In this document: piece by piece, positions 1-10,122 of the stretch | How the letters are laid out: the number at the start of each line of letters is the position of its first letter | Position numbering within the stretch: position 1 is the stretch's first letter | NCBI GenBank assembly: GCA_963810935.1 | Contig: CAWEPK010000005.1 | Coordinates: 96,001 to 160,000 of the forward strand | DNA: 64,000 bases | Direction of reading: 5' to 3' | Source of the DNA: an uncultured delta proteobacterium | GTDB lineage: Bacteria; Desulfobacterota; Syntrophorhabdia; Syntrophorhabdales; WCHB1-27 | The notes under the pieces: generated by a model | What the model saw: only the letters and a program-made list of their open reading frames with translations | Databases searched by the model: none | Told to the model about the DNA's origin: nothing | Made by a program: the position numbers and the translations under genes

Positions 1-192
1 CGGTACGGGCAGGCCGTTGATCTCCCCGGCGAGGCCCGATGTATCGTACCCGTCGGCAAGGGGGTTCCTCGGGCCGTGGTAAAGGACGTCGCCTGCGTGG
101 AGGACCATCTCGACGTCCCTGAAAGGCCCTTCCATCACTTTACGGAAGCCCTTGACCGACCCGTGGGTATCGCTTATAAGACCGATTTTCAT
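1..192 (-). CDS. yfcE: YfcE-family metallophosphoesterase, 5' part (runs off window start)
   Basis: Not in the ORF track. Manual translation from ATG at 192 gives MKIGLISDTHGS...VLHAGDVLYHGPRNPL, with the DxH, GD and YHGPRN motifs of YfcE. Confidence 0.85.
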   Translation of the reverse strand, partial: MKIGLISDTHGSVKGFRKVMEGPFRDVEMVLHAGDVLYHGPRNPLADGYDTSGLAGEINGLPVP

Positions 193-2056
193 ACTTTTGT
201 CCGCCCAGCCCTTTCGGCCAGCGCCCGCTCAGCGCTTCATGACCAGGGCCGAGCCGCCCCTGACCTCCGCAGCGTATCGCTGCGACTTCTTCAGCCTCGG
301 ATACGAGCCGTTCCGGGTCGTCGACGCAGACGACAAGCGTCCCCTCATGCTTCAGGTACGCCGTGGCCCGCTTGATATACGCCCTGGCCATCTCTTCCGG
401 GGGGAAGTGCTCGTCCCAGATATAGGCGAGGGCCGGGCGCGCGAATATCAGGTCGAAGCCGTCGTTCAATAGGAACGGGAACTCGACCTCCATGTGGAAG
501 AAGCGCTTCTTTGCGGCCATCTCCCGCGCAGAAGAATACCAGCCCTGCCTGCGCGCCGCCTGCCAGTGCTCCTCGTCGCCCTCTATGTAATAAACTAGTT
601 CGGCTATTTCGTTCCATTCAAGGCCGGCGTCGAAGTACGTTGCGGTCGCAAGGTCCATGATCTCCCTAACCCTGCCCAGGGCCGTATTTAGCCGCCCGTT
701 TATCTCGTCCTTTACCACTGCGTCTTCCTTGATCCTTGCGGAGAGGGTCGAGGAAAGCCGCTCCAGACCCTTGAGCCGCTCAAACACTGCCGTAAGCTCC
801 TGGACTGCGCCTGCGTGGATGCCCAGCAGAACGTTCCCCAGCCGGTAGGTCGGGCTCGTCTCACCGAAGCGGGACTGCATCGAGTTCTGCAGGACATCCA
901 GGGAAAAGGGCTGCTTTTCAACGCCATAGAGCACATGGCTGAGGATAAAACGGTAGAGAGGGCGCTCGTTTTCCCATTCGGCAACGAAAGAGCGCTTCTC
1001 CCGGTAAGGCAGGAGGAACGAGAGGTACGATATCGCCTCTACCAGCCGGGCCGCAAGCTCCCCGAACCCCGGCGTCATGTCGAGCATCCTCAAACCCAGC
1101 AGGCGCTCCTTGGTACGTTCTCCCAGGGCGCGAGTGATAATCTCCTCCAGGTTTATCTCCGTCTCGCTGCCTTCCATGAAAAGGTAGCTGAAGATGTCGC
1201 ACTGGTCGTGCTCGCGGAGAGGCGGCGGCGCGCTCCGCAAACCGTTTGTGCCCTGCGTACGGGGGCCTGCGTCGTCCCCGGAAGAGAGCCCGGACCCGGG
1301 AAAAAGCTGCGCGTAAAGGGGGGCGGCCGCGCTGATTGCCCGTTCCTCCCCGTCGCCGTTCATGGCATGGATATCGTTCCGTTTTTCCCTCAGATAGGCG
1401 ATCACCTCCCTCCTCTCTTCTTCGAGGAAGGCGCCCAACGTACCGCCGAGGCCGGCGCAGGAGAATATCCGGGAAAAAAGGTGAAGGGCCGCTTCATCGC
1501 CTTGTGCGACCGCCCGTTCGAGGTCGATCTCGACGATCCGCTTCTCGAAGGCAGACGGCCTCTTCAGAAGCAGCCAGCTCCTCCCGTTCGTTATTATGCT
1601 CCAGGGCGTCCCGGCTTTCTTGGAAAGGTAAAGCGATTGGAACAGGGGTATCCGGTTATCGAGCTCCAGGTAGAAGCCGCCGATGCCCTCCAGCAGGTTC
1701 CTGCCGTACCGTTTTACGAGGAGCACTCCGAGCACCCCCTCGTAATACTGTTTTGTTCCCCAATATGGCGCCCTGCCGGCGCGGTCTTCTTCCGACCTGA
1801 ACAGGGCGAAGTCTGGCGGCGCTATCTTCTCCTCGAAGAATTGCGGCTTCGACTCGAAGACGTAGCCCAGCTCCTTCAGGATGGGCTTCACGAGGTTAAG
1901 CTCCGTCTGGATCTCGCTTGCGCTTGCCCTGCTTTGCTCGAAATTACGTACGATTGTGGAAAGGGCGGAACAGACCTGCGGGTCACGGGGCAGCGCGAGC
2001 AGGCGCTCGGTGAGAGCGCCGGAGAGGAGCGTATTTCTCACAAACTGGGGGACCAT
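140..2056 (-). CDS. Type IIG (Eco57I-like) restriction-modification-like protein with degenerate catalytic motifs; probable +1 frameshift near 297, true stop likely at 229
   Basis: PPDFALF...LLVKR and WSIITNGRSW nuclease-like N-terminus; LDMTPGFG (motif I-like), LYGVEK, FFHMEVEFP, GFDLIFARP (in place of NPPY). Start taken at MVPQF (2056). Confidence 0.6.
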   Translation of the reverse strand: MVPQFVRNTLLSGALTERLLALPRDPQVCSALSTIVRNFEQSRASASEIQTELNLVKPILKELGYVFESKPQFFEEKIAPPDFALFRSEEDRAGRAPYWGTKQYYEGVLGVLLVKRYGRNLLEGIGGFYLELDNRIPLFQSLYLSKKAGTPWSIITNGRSWLLLKRPSAFEKRIVEIDLERAVAQGDEAALHLFSRIFSCAGLGGTLGAFLEEERREVIAYLREKRNDIHAMNGDGEERAISAAAPLYAQLFPGSGLSSGDDAGPRTQGTNGLRSAPPPLREHDQCDIFSYLFMEGSETEINLEEIITRALGERTKERLLGLRMLDMTPGFGELAARLVEAISYLSFLLPYREKRSFVAEWENERPLYRFILSHVLYGVEKQPFSLDVLQNSMQSRFGETSPTYRLGNVLLGIHAGAVQELTAVFERLKGLERLSSTLSARIKEDAVVKDEINGRLNTALGRVREIMDLATATYFDAGLEWNEIAELVYYIEGDEEHWQAARRQGWYSSAREMAAKKRFFHMEVEFPFLLNDGFDLIFARPALAYIWDEHFPPEEMARAYIKRATAYLKHEGTLVVCVDDPERLVSEAEEVAAIRCGGQGRLGPGHEALSGRWPKGLGGQKYENRSYKRYPRVGQGLP

Positions 2057-2278
2057 CTTTTTCCGGAGTCCCTCTTCAGGGGTTGTTGCGCTACCCCGCG
2101 TTGATCCATTCGGCGAGCATCGTGGCATCGTCCGCCTCCAAAAAGGAACGGGACATTACCCATTTCCTTGCGGACCTCCTCGCCACCCACCTCATAATAG
2201 CACAAAAGGGAAGACAGGGGAATGCGGCTCCGGCACGTCGAATACGGCTGCCTGGACGCTATTCACCCGCGCTGCGGC

Positions 2279-3784
2279 TCAAAGCAACGGCGTTTTCCAT
2301 TTATAATGCCTTGGGGTTATACCCTGCGCCACCGACGCGGCGGCCGCAAAACCCGCGATCTCCCCAGTCTGCACGCACCACGGGAAATTCCTCATGACCA
2401 TGAAGATCGTTTCGTAGGCGAATGAAAGGGACGCGCCGGTCAGGAGCAGGTTGTCGACTTTCCGGGGCAGGAAGCAACGGTACGGCACCTCGAAGGTATA
2501 GCTCTTTCCGCAATCCCAATGGAAGCTTTTGGTCATCGGCTTCGTCACTGCGTCGGCGAACCTGCGGCCGCTCAGGGCGTCGTCGAGGGAGAAGACATAT
2601 TCTCCCCTCGGGTGCCTGCCGTCCCTCGTGCCGACGTAATGGCTGATATTCGTGACGAACGCGCCCTTGAAACCGGGTACGTATTTTTTGAGAAAGCGCG
2701 CTTCCGCTTCCACGAACCTGCGCAGCGTCACCTGGGCCCGCTCCATGTCGCCTGTGTTGTCCTCTATATGGAGCGCCCATTCATAAGGCACGTTCTCCCA
2801 GAATATGAAAGTGCCGGGGCCCTCCATGGGACTCATGTCTACCGTCGGGTGGCCTATATAGAGGTCGCCGTAAACGCATTTCCCCTGGAACCTCGGCCTG
2901 TAAAGATTGTCCGGTATGTCCCCGGCTGCGCGGGCGGCGGAGATAAGCTTGCCGAGGTCCGGGTCGTTCCGGCTTTTCTGGTATTGAGCTATTTCCTCAA
3001 AATCGATGCCCGCCATCATCCAGAGCAGCCCTCCCGGGATAGGCCGGCTCTCTTTCGCGGCCGCGACAGCCGAAGGCTGCGGCCCGCCTCCCCTGACGAA
3101 GGGCGCGCCAGCGCGCGACGCCACCTCGGCGGTGCCCGAGCCGTCTACGAAAACCCTCCCTTTTACGGCGAAGACGCCCGATGCGTTCGTGACAACCGCG
3201 GCCTCTATCCTCTTCTCCCCTTTGGGCAGCTCTTTCGTCACGAGATCTACCAGCGTCGTGTTGCAGAAGGTCTTTACGCCCGCCTCATTCAGCATGGCGA
3301 GCATGACACAGGCTCCCCCTTCGGGGTTGAACGTGCTGCGCGAGAGCGCGCTGCCCGGTTTTATGTTCTTGTCATAATGGGATAAAGGGTTGCCGGCAAA
3401 GCCGGGATAGGTCTTTTCCGTAGCGGTATATACATATCCTTCCTTTCCTAACCGCTCCATCAGCTCCGTATGGATGCCGCCGACACCCGGGTTGTACGCG
3501 CCCTGAAGACCCGTTGTGTGCACGCCGCCGGGCACATCGTACCTGTCTATAAGCACCGTTGTTGCGCCTTTTCTGGCCGCAGCCAGGGCTGCCCCGAAGC
3601 CGCCCGGTCCGCCGCCTATTACGACGACGTCCGCTTCCGCTCCCACGGGTATCTCCTCGGCCGGCAGCCTTACGCCACTACGGGCTGAGGCGCCGGCCTC
3701 CCTGCCCGGCAGACCCGATAGGCCGCCTGCGACAATTCCAGCGCCGGCCAGGGCGGATGTCTTCAGGAAATCTCTCCGGTTCAT
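2279..3784 (-). CDS. Tat-exported FAD-dependent oxidoreductase
   Basis: MNRRDFLK twin-arginine signal, DVVVIGGGPGG Rossmann motif, VFVDGSG, PYRCFLP...NLLLTG. Confidence 0.85.
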   Translation of the reverse strand: MNRRDFLKTSALAGAGIVAGGLSGLPGREAGASARSGVRLPAEEIPVGAEADVVVIGGGPGGFGAALAAARKGATTVLIDRYDVPGGVHTTGLQGAYNPGVGGIHTELMERLGKEGYVYTATEKTYPGFAGNPLSHYDKNIKPGSALSRSTFNPEGGACVMLAMLNEAGVKTFCNTTLVDLVTKELPKGEKRIEAAVVTNASGVFAVKGRVFVDGSGTAEVASRAGAPFVRGGGPQPSAVAAAKESRPIPGGLLWMMAGIDFEEIAQYQKSRNDPDLGKLISAARAAGDIPDNLYRPRFQGKCVYGDLYIGHPTVDMSPMEGPGTFIFWENVPYEWALHIEDNTGDMERAQVTLRRFVEAEARFLKKYVPGFKGAFVTNISHYVGTRDGRHPRGEYVFSLDDALSGRRFADAVTKPMTKSFHWDCGKSYTFEVPYRCFLPRKVDNLLLTGASLSFAYETIFMVMRNFPWCVQTGEIAGFAAAASVAQGITPRHYKWKTPLL

Positions 3785-3946
3785 TTTCACGGTCGGTAAC
3801 CTCCCTTTTTCGCGATTGTCCCGACTCCGGCCGGGCTGTTTTGATTTGAATATAGCATGGCGCATGGTCGTGTCAAGGAAAAACGGGGTGACGGGGGTTG
3901 CGCCTCTCATGTGGCATTGCAGCCATGCACATGTTAAACTAAAATC

Positions 3947-4874
3947 GTGGACGACCTATACGAGGCGGTAATTATCGGCGGAGGGCCGGCGGGGCTGACT
4001 GCGGGCATTTATTTGATGAGGGCCGGCATACGGACGGTCCTTCTCGAAAAACAGCTTACAGGCGGCGCGGCCCTGAACACGGAGCACATCGAGAACTATC
4101 CGGGCTTCCCCGACGGCATATCGGGCGCGGGAGCTGATGCGAAGGATGGCCGACCAGGCCCGAAGGCTCGGCCTGGAGATAAAAGAATTCTCCGAGGCCG
4201 TGGGCTTGGCGCGTAAAAACGGAGTATTCGAGGCGACCGTTGACAATGAGTCGTACCGGTCTCTCGGGGTCATCGCAGCGATGGGGACGGAGCCGGCGAA
4301 GCTTGGCATACCGGGCGAGGAGACCCTCGTCGGCCGAGGCGTCTCTTACTGCGCTACGTGCGACGGCATGTTTTTCCGCGGCCTCGAAGTCGCGGTCATA
4401 GGCGGCGGGGACTCGGCCCTGTCGGAAGCGCTCACCCTGGCCAATATAGCAGCGAAGGTCTACCTGGTGCACAGGCGGGACCGGTTCAGGGGACAGCAGA
4501 TATTGCAGGACCGGGCAGCGAAGAACGGAAAGATCGAGTTCCTGCTCAACAGGGCGCCGTCTGCCATAAACGGCGCAAAGCAGGTCGAGTCGGTCACGCT
4601 GCGCGACACGCTGACGAACGAAACATCGGACCTCAAGGTTAGCGGCGTCTTCATGTACGTGGGCTTACGGCCGCAGACCGCTTTTCTCGGCGGCCTTGCC
4701 GACAGGGACGAGCCGGGGTTCGTGATAACGGGTGAGAACATGGAGACGCGGACACCCGGACTTTTCGCCGCAGGCGACGCGCGGGAAAAGACGCTCAGGC
4801 AGATATCGACCGCGGTCGGTGACGGGGCGCTGGCAGCAGTAAGCCTTGAAAAATACGTGTTGGAGAAAAGGTGA
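3947..4874 (+). CDS. trxB: Thioredoxin-disulfide reductase, split by a +1 frameshift at ~4130 (likely sequencing error)
   Basis: IIGGGPAG and IENYPGFP in frame 3947..; [16 protein letters not shown] and GLFAAGD in frame 4137..4874. Removing one G in GCGGGAGCTG joins them (ISGAELM). Confidence 0.9.
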
Positions 4875-4932
4875 CGTTCGTTGAGGCCGTCCGCGTCAAA
4901 CCGCTGACGGGCGCTGTTGCCGCTGATTTATC

Positions 4933-5487
4933 ATGAAGGCTCTCTTCGCCGCAATATTATTTTTCCTTTTCCTGGCAGCGCAGGCTTCCGCCGCGGGACA
5001 GGGTATCGTTCTATATAAGGTAGGTGAGGGCGGCCAGGAGATGCTGGCGGACCTGGGAAAGGCCTTGGGCTTCAAGGGTTACACGGTCGAGATAATACAG
5101 GGCGAGACCGAGATCGACAAACACGTAGAGAAGGCGGGCAAGATCAACCGGGGCGGCGGCGCCGTGTTGCTTGCCGTTGAGGTGATCCCGTCCGAGAAGA
5201 GCCGCGTCATGGTGGCGGCGGCTACGGAGGCGCCCAAAGGGGAAGGCCGGTTCCTGTCGATCACCGAGATATCGTCCCGCTTCTCGCAGGAATCGGGCAG
5301 GCTTGCGGCCTGCCTCGCCGCACCTTTTGAGACGAAGGTCACGCATCTCCCCCTCTTCCCGCTTCTCGGCGTCAGCATGCCGGGGGTTGCGCTGAGGCTG
5401 GAATTGAAAACCGGCGATAACGACCAGGCCGTATCGAAGATCACGGAAGGAATAGAGAAATATTTTTCAGAAAGGACCGGTAAATGA
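4933..5487 (+). CDS. Exported protein, possibly degenerate N-acetylmuramoyl-L-alanine amidase (Amidase_3)-like fold
   Basis: Signal peptide; pattern [18 protein letters not shown] ... ESGRLA ... [14 protein letters not shown] ... [14 protein letters not shown] overlap with rph. Confidence 0.5.
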   Translation: MKALFAAILFFLFLAAQASAAGQGIVLYKVGEGGQEMLADLGKALGFKGYTVEIIQGETEIDKHVEKAGKINRGGGAVLLAVEVIPSEKSRVMVAAATEAPKGEGRFLSITEISSRFSQESGRLAACLAAPFETKVTHLPLFPLLGVSMPGVALRLELKTGDNDQAVSKITEGIEKYFSERTGK

Positions 5488-6215
5488 GAAACAACGACAG
5501 ACCGAACGATAAGATACGCGACCTGAAGATAAGCAAAAATTTCCTCAAGTACCCGGATGGGTCGGTGCTCGTGGAGATGGGCGAGACGAAAGTAATATGC
5601 AGCGTCAGCATCGAGGAGAAGGTCCCCCCCTTCCTGAAAAACTCAGGCAAGGGATGGCTGACGGCTGAATATTCGATGCTTCCGCGCGCTACGGCTTCCC
5701 GCAACATGCGCGAATCGGTGACCGGCAGGGTCGGCGGAAGGACCCATGAGATTCAGCGGCTCATAGGCCGCGCCCTGCGCGCAGTGGTGAACCTCAATGT
5801 CATCGGCGAGCGGACCATCTGGGTCGACTGCGATGTGATCCAGGCGGACGGCGGCACCAGGACGGCGAGCATTACCGGCAGCTTCGTGGCCCTCGTCGAG
5901 GCGCTCTGGAGCCTCAAGAAAAGAGGCGTCATCGAAAAGATACCCTTACGCGACTCCGTGGCCGCAGTGAGCGCAGGCATCGTCAACGGGACGGTCCTTC
6001 TGGACCTTGCTTATGTAGAGGACTCGAACGCCGACGTGGACATAAATTTCGTCATGACAGGCAAGGGCGCGCTCATCGAGGTACAGGGCACGGCCGAAAA
6101 GCAGCCCTTCTCGAAAGAGGTCCTTGACGTGATGTACGAATATTCCCTGAAAGGGATACAGGAGATTACCCGCGTCCAGAAGGCTGCCCTCGGCAACCTC
6201 TTCCCTCTGGTCTGA
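5484..6215 (+). CDS. rph: Ribonuclease PH
   Basis: [48 protein letters not shown]. Confidence 0.97.
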   Translation: MRNNDRPNDKIRDLKISKNFLKYPDGSVLVEMGETKVICSVSIEEKVPPFLKNSGKGWLTAEYSMLPRATASRNMRESVTGRVGGRTHEIQRLIGRALRAVVNLNVIGERTIWVDCDVIQADGGTRTASITGSFVALVEALWSLKKRGVIEKIPLRDSVAAVSAGIVNGTVLLDLAYVEDSNADVDINFVMTGKGALIEVQGTAEKQPFSKEVLDVMYEYSLKGIQEITRVQKAALGNLFPLV

Positions 6216-6239
6216 GAGCGGCCCTAAAACGGTGCGGCC

Positions 6240-6815
6240 GTGATCGTCATAGCAACGGGCAACAAGGGAAAGTTCGGGGAGATGTCGCATTACCTGGCAG
6301 GCGCAGGCGAGGGGCTTTTGTCGCTGGCCGACCTCGACGGCTCCGTCACTGTCGACGAGGACCGGCCGACGTACCTCGAGAACGCGTGGAAAAAAGCCAG
6401 GAAGGTCGGCAACCGGTTCGGAATGAAGACCCTCGCCGACGACTCCGGGCTTGAAGTTAAAGCGTTGAACGGCGCGCCGGGCATCCATTCGGCCCGCTAC
6501 GGCGCGACCGACGCGGACCGGGTGGGACGGCTCCTCCGGGAGCTGAAGGACGTGCCGGAGAAAGACAGGGGCGCGGTCTTCAAGGCATACCTCGTCTATT
6601 ACCTGCCCGACGTAGAGCAAACATTCATATTTTACGGCAGCGTCAAAGGCTGCATCGGCTTTGAAGCCAGAGGCGAAAAAGGCTTCGGCTTCGACCCGGT
6701 CTTCATGCTACCGGAAATGGGAAAATCGCTCGCCGAGTTGAACATGGACGAAAAGAACAAGATAAGCCACAGAGGCCAAGCGCTCGCCGCGTTCAGGGCC
6801 TTCATCAATATATAG
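6240..6815 (+). CDS. rdgB: Non-canonical purine NTP pyrophosphatase (RdgB/HAM1)
   Basis: IATGNKGK, ADDSGL, GAPGIHSARY, GFGFDPVF, KNKISHRG; follows rph. Confidence 0.95.
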   Translation: MIVIATGNKGKFGEMSHYLAGAGEGLLSLADLDGSVTVDEDRPTYLENAWKKARKVGNRFGMKTLADDSGLEVKALNGAPGIHSARYGATDADRVGRLLRELKDVPEKDRGAVFKAYLVYYLPDVEQTFIFYGSVKGCIGFEARGEKGFGFDPVFMLPEMGKSLAELNMDEKNKISHRGQALAAFRAFINI

Positions 6816-6886
6816 TCCCCCTCCTTCCGTATGTGTCCCGGCTGCCTTTTCGCCGACCGCCTTTTGAGTAATTCCATATATTTTGA

Positions 6887-7333
6887 TTGAAAAACGGCGC
6901 CCATAATTTGATGCGGGTCTTGAAGGAAGGTGGGACTGTGGCCCTCTCAACCTGGAGCACGCCTGACAAATCCTTGATGCTGAGCATAGCGGCGGGGGCA
7001 ATAAGGGAGCATTTTCCGCAGGCAATTGTGCCGGGTGCCCCAATGTGGTTCGATTTTGGACCGGCCGGTGTCCTCGACAAAACTCTTACCGATGCCGGGT
7101 TCGGCAATATAGCCCTCGAACGCCATGTTTTTGTTCAGGAAATGAGGGACGGGGAAGAATACTGGGAAGCCGTCGTGGGAATAAGCGGCCGGCTCCAAAT
7201 GCTGATGGCGAATATTCCCGCGGAAACGGCGGTGCGGATCAAGGCCAATGCAGTAGGAGCAGCCGAGAGCTTCCGCGCAGGGAAGGTGATCAAGATCCCC
7301 TGCGAGGAGCTTTTGGCTTGGGCTGTCAAGTAA
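6887..7333 (+). pseudogene. C-terminal half of a class I SAM-dependent methyltransferase (N-terminal SAM-binding motif missing)
   Basis: Begins at MRVLKEGGTVALSTW (post-motif II/III region) with LTDAGF later; no GxGxG upstream; AT-richer DNA at the junction. Confidence 0.55.
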
Positions 7334-7404
7334 TTACAGAAACAACTTGAAACGGCATGGGAGTTATCCTTGAGTAAAAGATGTAACCATGCTAAATAAA
7401 AGGA

Positions 7405-8241
7405 ATGCGGCGAGCAAACGTTATAACTCGGAGGGCCTTGGACAGCTTTGGCGATGCAGCATTTTTTGTGCCTGACAGCATTCAGGCCCCGTACGGTTGG
7501 TGTGGGCACTTGCCCTTTGCCTACTGGCTCGTACGATCCATTGAACCACGCACTTTAGTAGAACTCGGGACTCATTCCGGGAATTCCTACCTTACTTTTT
7601 GCCAGGCAGTACAAGAGCACTCCCTCGACACCAAATGTTACGCAGTCGATACCTGGCATGGAGACGAACATTCCAATCGCTACGGGGAAGAGGTTTTTTC
7701 GCGCCTCAAGCGGTATAGTGAAACACGTTACAGTGGTTTTTCCAGCCTTCTGCGAATGACCTTCGATGAGGCGGTGAACCATTTCGCGGATGGCTCTATC
7801 GATCTTCTCCACATCGATGGTTTGCACACCTACGAGGCTGCCCGGCATGACTTCGAAACCTGGCTCCCGAAACTCGCACCGGCCGCTATAGTGCTGTTGC
7901 ATGATACTAATGCCCGGGAGCCCGGGTTTGGAGTTTGGAGATTATGGACCGAGTTGAAGGAACGCTATCCCGAACATTTGGAATTCCTCCACTCATCAGG
8001 TCTCGGAGTTGTGCAGCTCCCAGGCGGCGCGGAAGCAAAGCTGCCGACACGGCTGGGCTCGAACGCTCTTCAAAAACAACTGGTCCAGGACTATTTCTCT
8101 GTATTAGGTATGCGGCAGGTACATCGGTGTCCGAGGCGTGGCCGGTTAAAGCGGTTGCGCCGTCTGGTCATAGCTAATCTGACGGTCTTCATGTGGCGCC
8201 ACAAATTGCGTGCCCGGCGCCCGGGGCTGACTCACACTTAG
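7405..8241 (+). CDS. Class I SAM-dependent methyltransferase (Methyltransf_24-like, glycan-associated)
   Basis: [43 protein letters not shown]. Confidence 0.85.
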   Translation: MRRANVITRRALDSFGDAAFFVPDSIQAPYGWCGHLPFAYWLVRSIEPRTLVELGTHSGNSYLTFCQAVQEHSLDTKCYAVDTWHGDEHSNRYGEEVFSRLKRYSETRYSGFSSLLRMTFDEAVNHFADGSIDLLHIDGLHTYEAARHDFETWLPKLAPAAIVLLHDTNAREPGFGVWRLWTELKERYPEHLEFLHSSGLGVVQLPGGAEAKLPTRLGSNALQKQLVQDYFSVLGMRQVHRCPRRGRLKRLRRLVIANLTVFMWRHKLRARRPGLTHT

Positions 8242-8287
8242 GCGCAAACACCCCTTTCACATATCCTGTAACGACCGTAACTTTTCC

Positions 8288-8342
8288 TTGACACCGCAAG
8301 CCGTTTTACTATAAATTGTCCTGACAACATTGTTTTGACAAC
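8288..8342 (+). promoter_or_regulatory. sigma70 promoter with tandem MarR-type operator boxes
   Basis: TTGACA 8288-8293, TATAAA 8310-8315, then tandem 14-mers ATTGTCCTGACAAC / ATTGTTTTGACAAC (8315-8342), each with a TTGT-N4-ACAA palindrome, upstream of marR. Confidence 0.7.
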
Positions 8343-8415
8343 GGTCCGTCCCCCAGGCCGAGCGGAAGGCCTGAAGGGGCGGGGTCCGGCTGCATATCGG
8401 AAAGGTCTCGACTAA

Positions 8416-8859
8416 ATGAAAGTCGGCTGTCTCGACGACTCACCCGGTTTCTGGTTATACCGCGCCCACACGCAGGGGAGCAATCTTTTCAGGAAGATGC
8501 TCCTGACTGCGGGCTACGACCTGACACCCGAGCAGTGCGGCATTCTGCTGAGACTTTCGGAATTCGAGGGCATGAACCAGAGCCAGCTCGGCAAAAAGCT
8601 GCTCAAGGACCGCCACAACGTCACGCGCCTGCTCAACCTGCTCGGCGAGCGCGGCTTCATCGAGCGCAGGTCCGACGGAGCGGACAAGCGGATATTCCGC
8701 ATTTACCTCACGGAGGCGGGCAGGGCCCTGGGCGACAAGCTGGCGCCTATCGCGGGCGAATTCTTCGATTGCATGATGGCGGGACTCACGGACGAAGACG
8801 TGTCCGCAATGAAAAGAACGCTGGGACGGATAAGCAGGAATCTTGAGAGGAACACATAA
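8416..8859 (+). CDS. MarR-family transcriptional regulator
   Basis: LTPEQ..IL, wHTH NVTRLLNLL, DKRIFRIYLTEAG. Confidence 0.92.
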   Translation: MKVGCLDDSPGFWLYRAHTQGSNLFRKMLLTAGYDLTPEQCGILLRLSEFEGMNQSQLGKKLLKDRHNVTRLLNLLGERGFIERRSDGADKRIFRIYLTEAGRALGDKLAPIAGEFFDCMMAGLTDEDVSAMKRTLGRISRNLERNT

Positions 8860-10110
8860 TGGCCGGGAGATGGACGGTTTTAGGCCGCAAGGGGAGCGGA
8901 ATGCAAGGCATGACGAGGAAAAACGGGGTCGGCAATCAATTACTTGCCTGCGCGGCCGTTCTGCTGGCGGCAGCGGCGCTTTTCAACGGCGGGTGCAGGA
9001 AGGCGCAGTCGGTCCCTTCCGCGCCGGTCGTTGAGGTGATAGGGGTAGTGCAGAGGGACGTGCCTGTCTTCTCGGAATGGACCGCCTCGGTAGACGGCTA
9101 CGTGAACGCCACGATCCGCGCCCAGGTGCAGGGTTATCTGATAACGCGGGAATATAACGAGGGCGATTTCATAAGAAAGGGCCAGGAGCTTTTCAAGATA
9201 GACCCGCGGCCTTTTGCGGCCGCTCTCGATCAGGCCAAAGGGCGCCTTGCCGAGGACCATGCCCGGTGGGAAAACGCACGGGCAAACCTGGAGCGCATAA
9301 GGCCGCTCGTTGCCGAGCGCGCAGTGAGTAAGAAAGACCTTGACGACGCGACCGGCGCGGAGCAGTCCACGTTTGCTGCCGAGCCTCGCCTCGAAGGCGG
9401 CAGTCGATAAGGCACAGCTCGACCTCGGCTTCACGCGCATCTGCTCTCCCATCGACGGCGTGGCCGGCATCGCCAGGGCGCAGATCGGAGACCTCGTCGG
9501 CCCCGGCTCGATCGAGGAGCTGACCATCGTCTCTTCCGTAAACCCGGCCAAGGTATATGTCCCGGTGAGCGAGCAGGAATATCTTAAGTATATTCAGAAC
9601 GGCTTCGCCCAAAAAATGTCTCTGGAGCTGATCCTTGCCGACGGCAGCACCCATCCCCACAAGGGTCGCTTCGCCTTCGCAGACAGGAACGTGGACGTGC
9701 GGACGGGCACGATCAGGGTCGCGGCCCTCTTCCCCAACCCCGGAAATATCCTGCGCCCCGGCCAGTTCGCCAGGGTCCGCGCCCGGACCACGCTGAAGAA
9801 ATCGGCTATGCTGGTGCCTCAGCGGGCGGTGGCCGAGCTTCAGGGCAGTTACCATGTTGCGGTCGTAAGTCGGGACAATAAAGTGGACATCAGGCCGGTA
9901 ACGGCCTCCGAGCGCATTGAAAGCCTCTGGGTGATAGACAAGGGTTTGAAACCCGGCGAGCAGGTGATCGCAGAGGGGATCCAAAAAGTCAGGCAGGGAT
10001 CGACCGTCATTGCGCGGCCTTTCGTTCCCCCTCCGCCGGAGGCCGGCGACTCAAGCTACGTCGAGGGACAGCCAGCGGCCCCCCAACCCGCCGGTTCTAA
10101 CGGCAAATAG
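8859..10110 (+). CDS. RND efflux periplasmic adaptor (MFP), +1 frameshift at ~9385 (likely sequencing error)
   Basis: IRAQVQGYL...GQELFKIDPRPF in the first frame; DLGFTRICSPIDG, LRPGQF and GLKPGEQVI in the second. Deleting one C in GAGCCTC restores AAELASKAAV. Confidence 0.88.
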
Positions 10111-10122
10111 GGGGCCTCATCC

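Noticed and set aside
3947..4874. Selenocysteine or programmed frameshift in trxB
   Set aside because: The break is a frame change rather than an in-frame TGA, the CATC active site is intact, there is no slippery heptamer, and it shares the AGCT context of the other indels.
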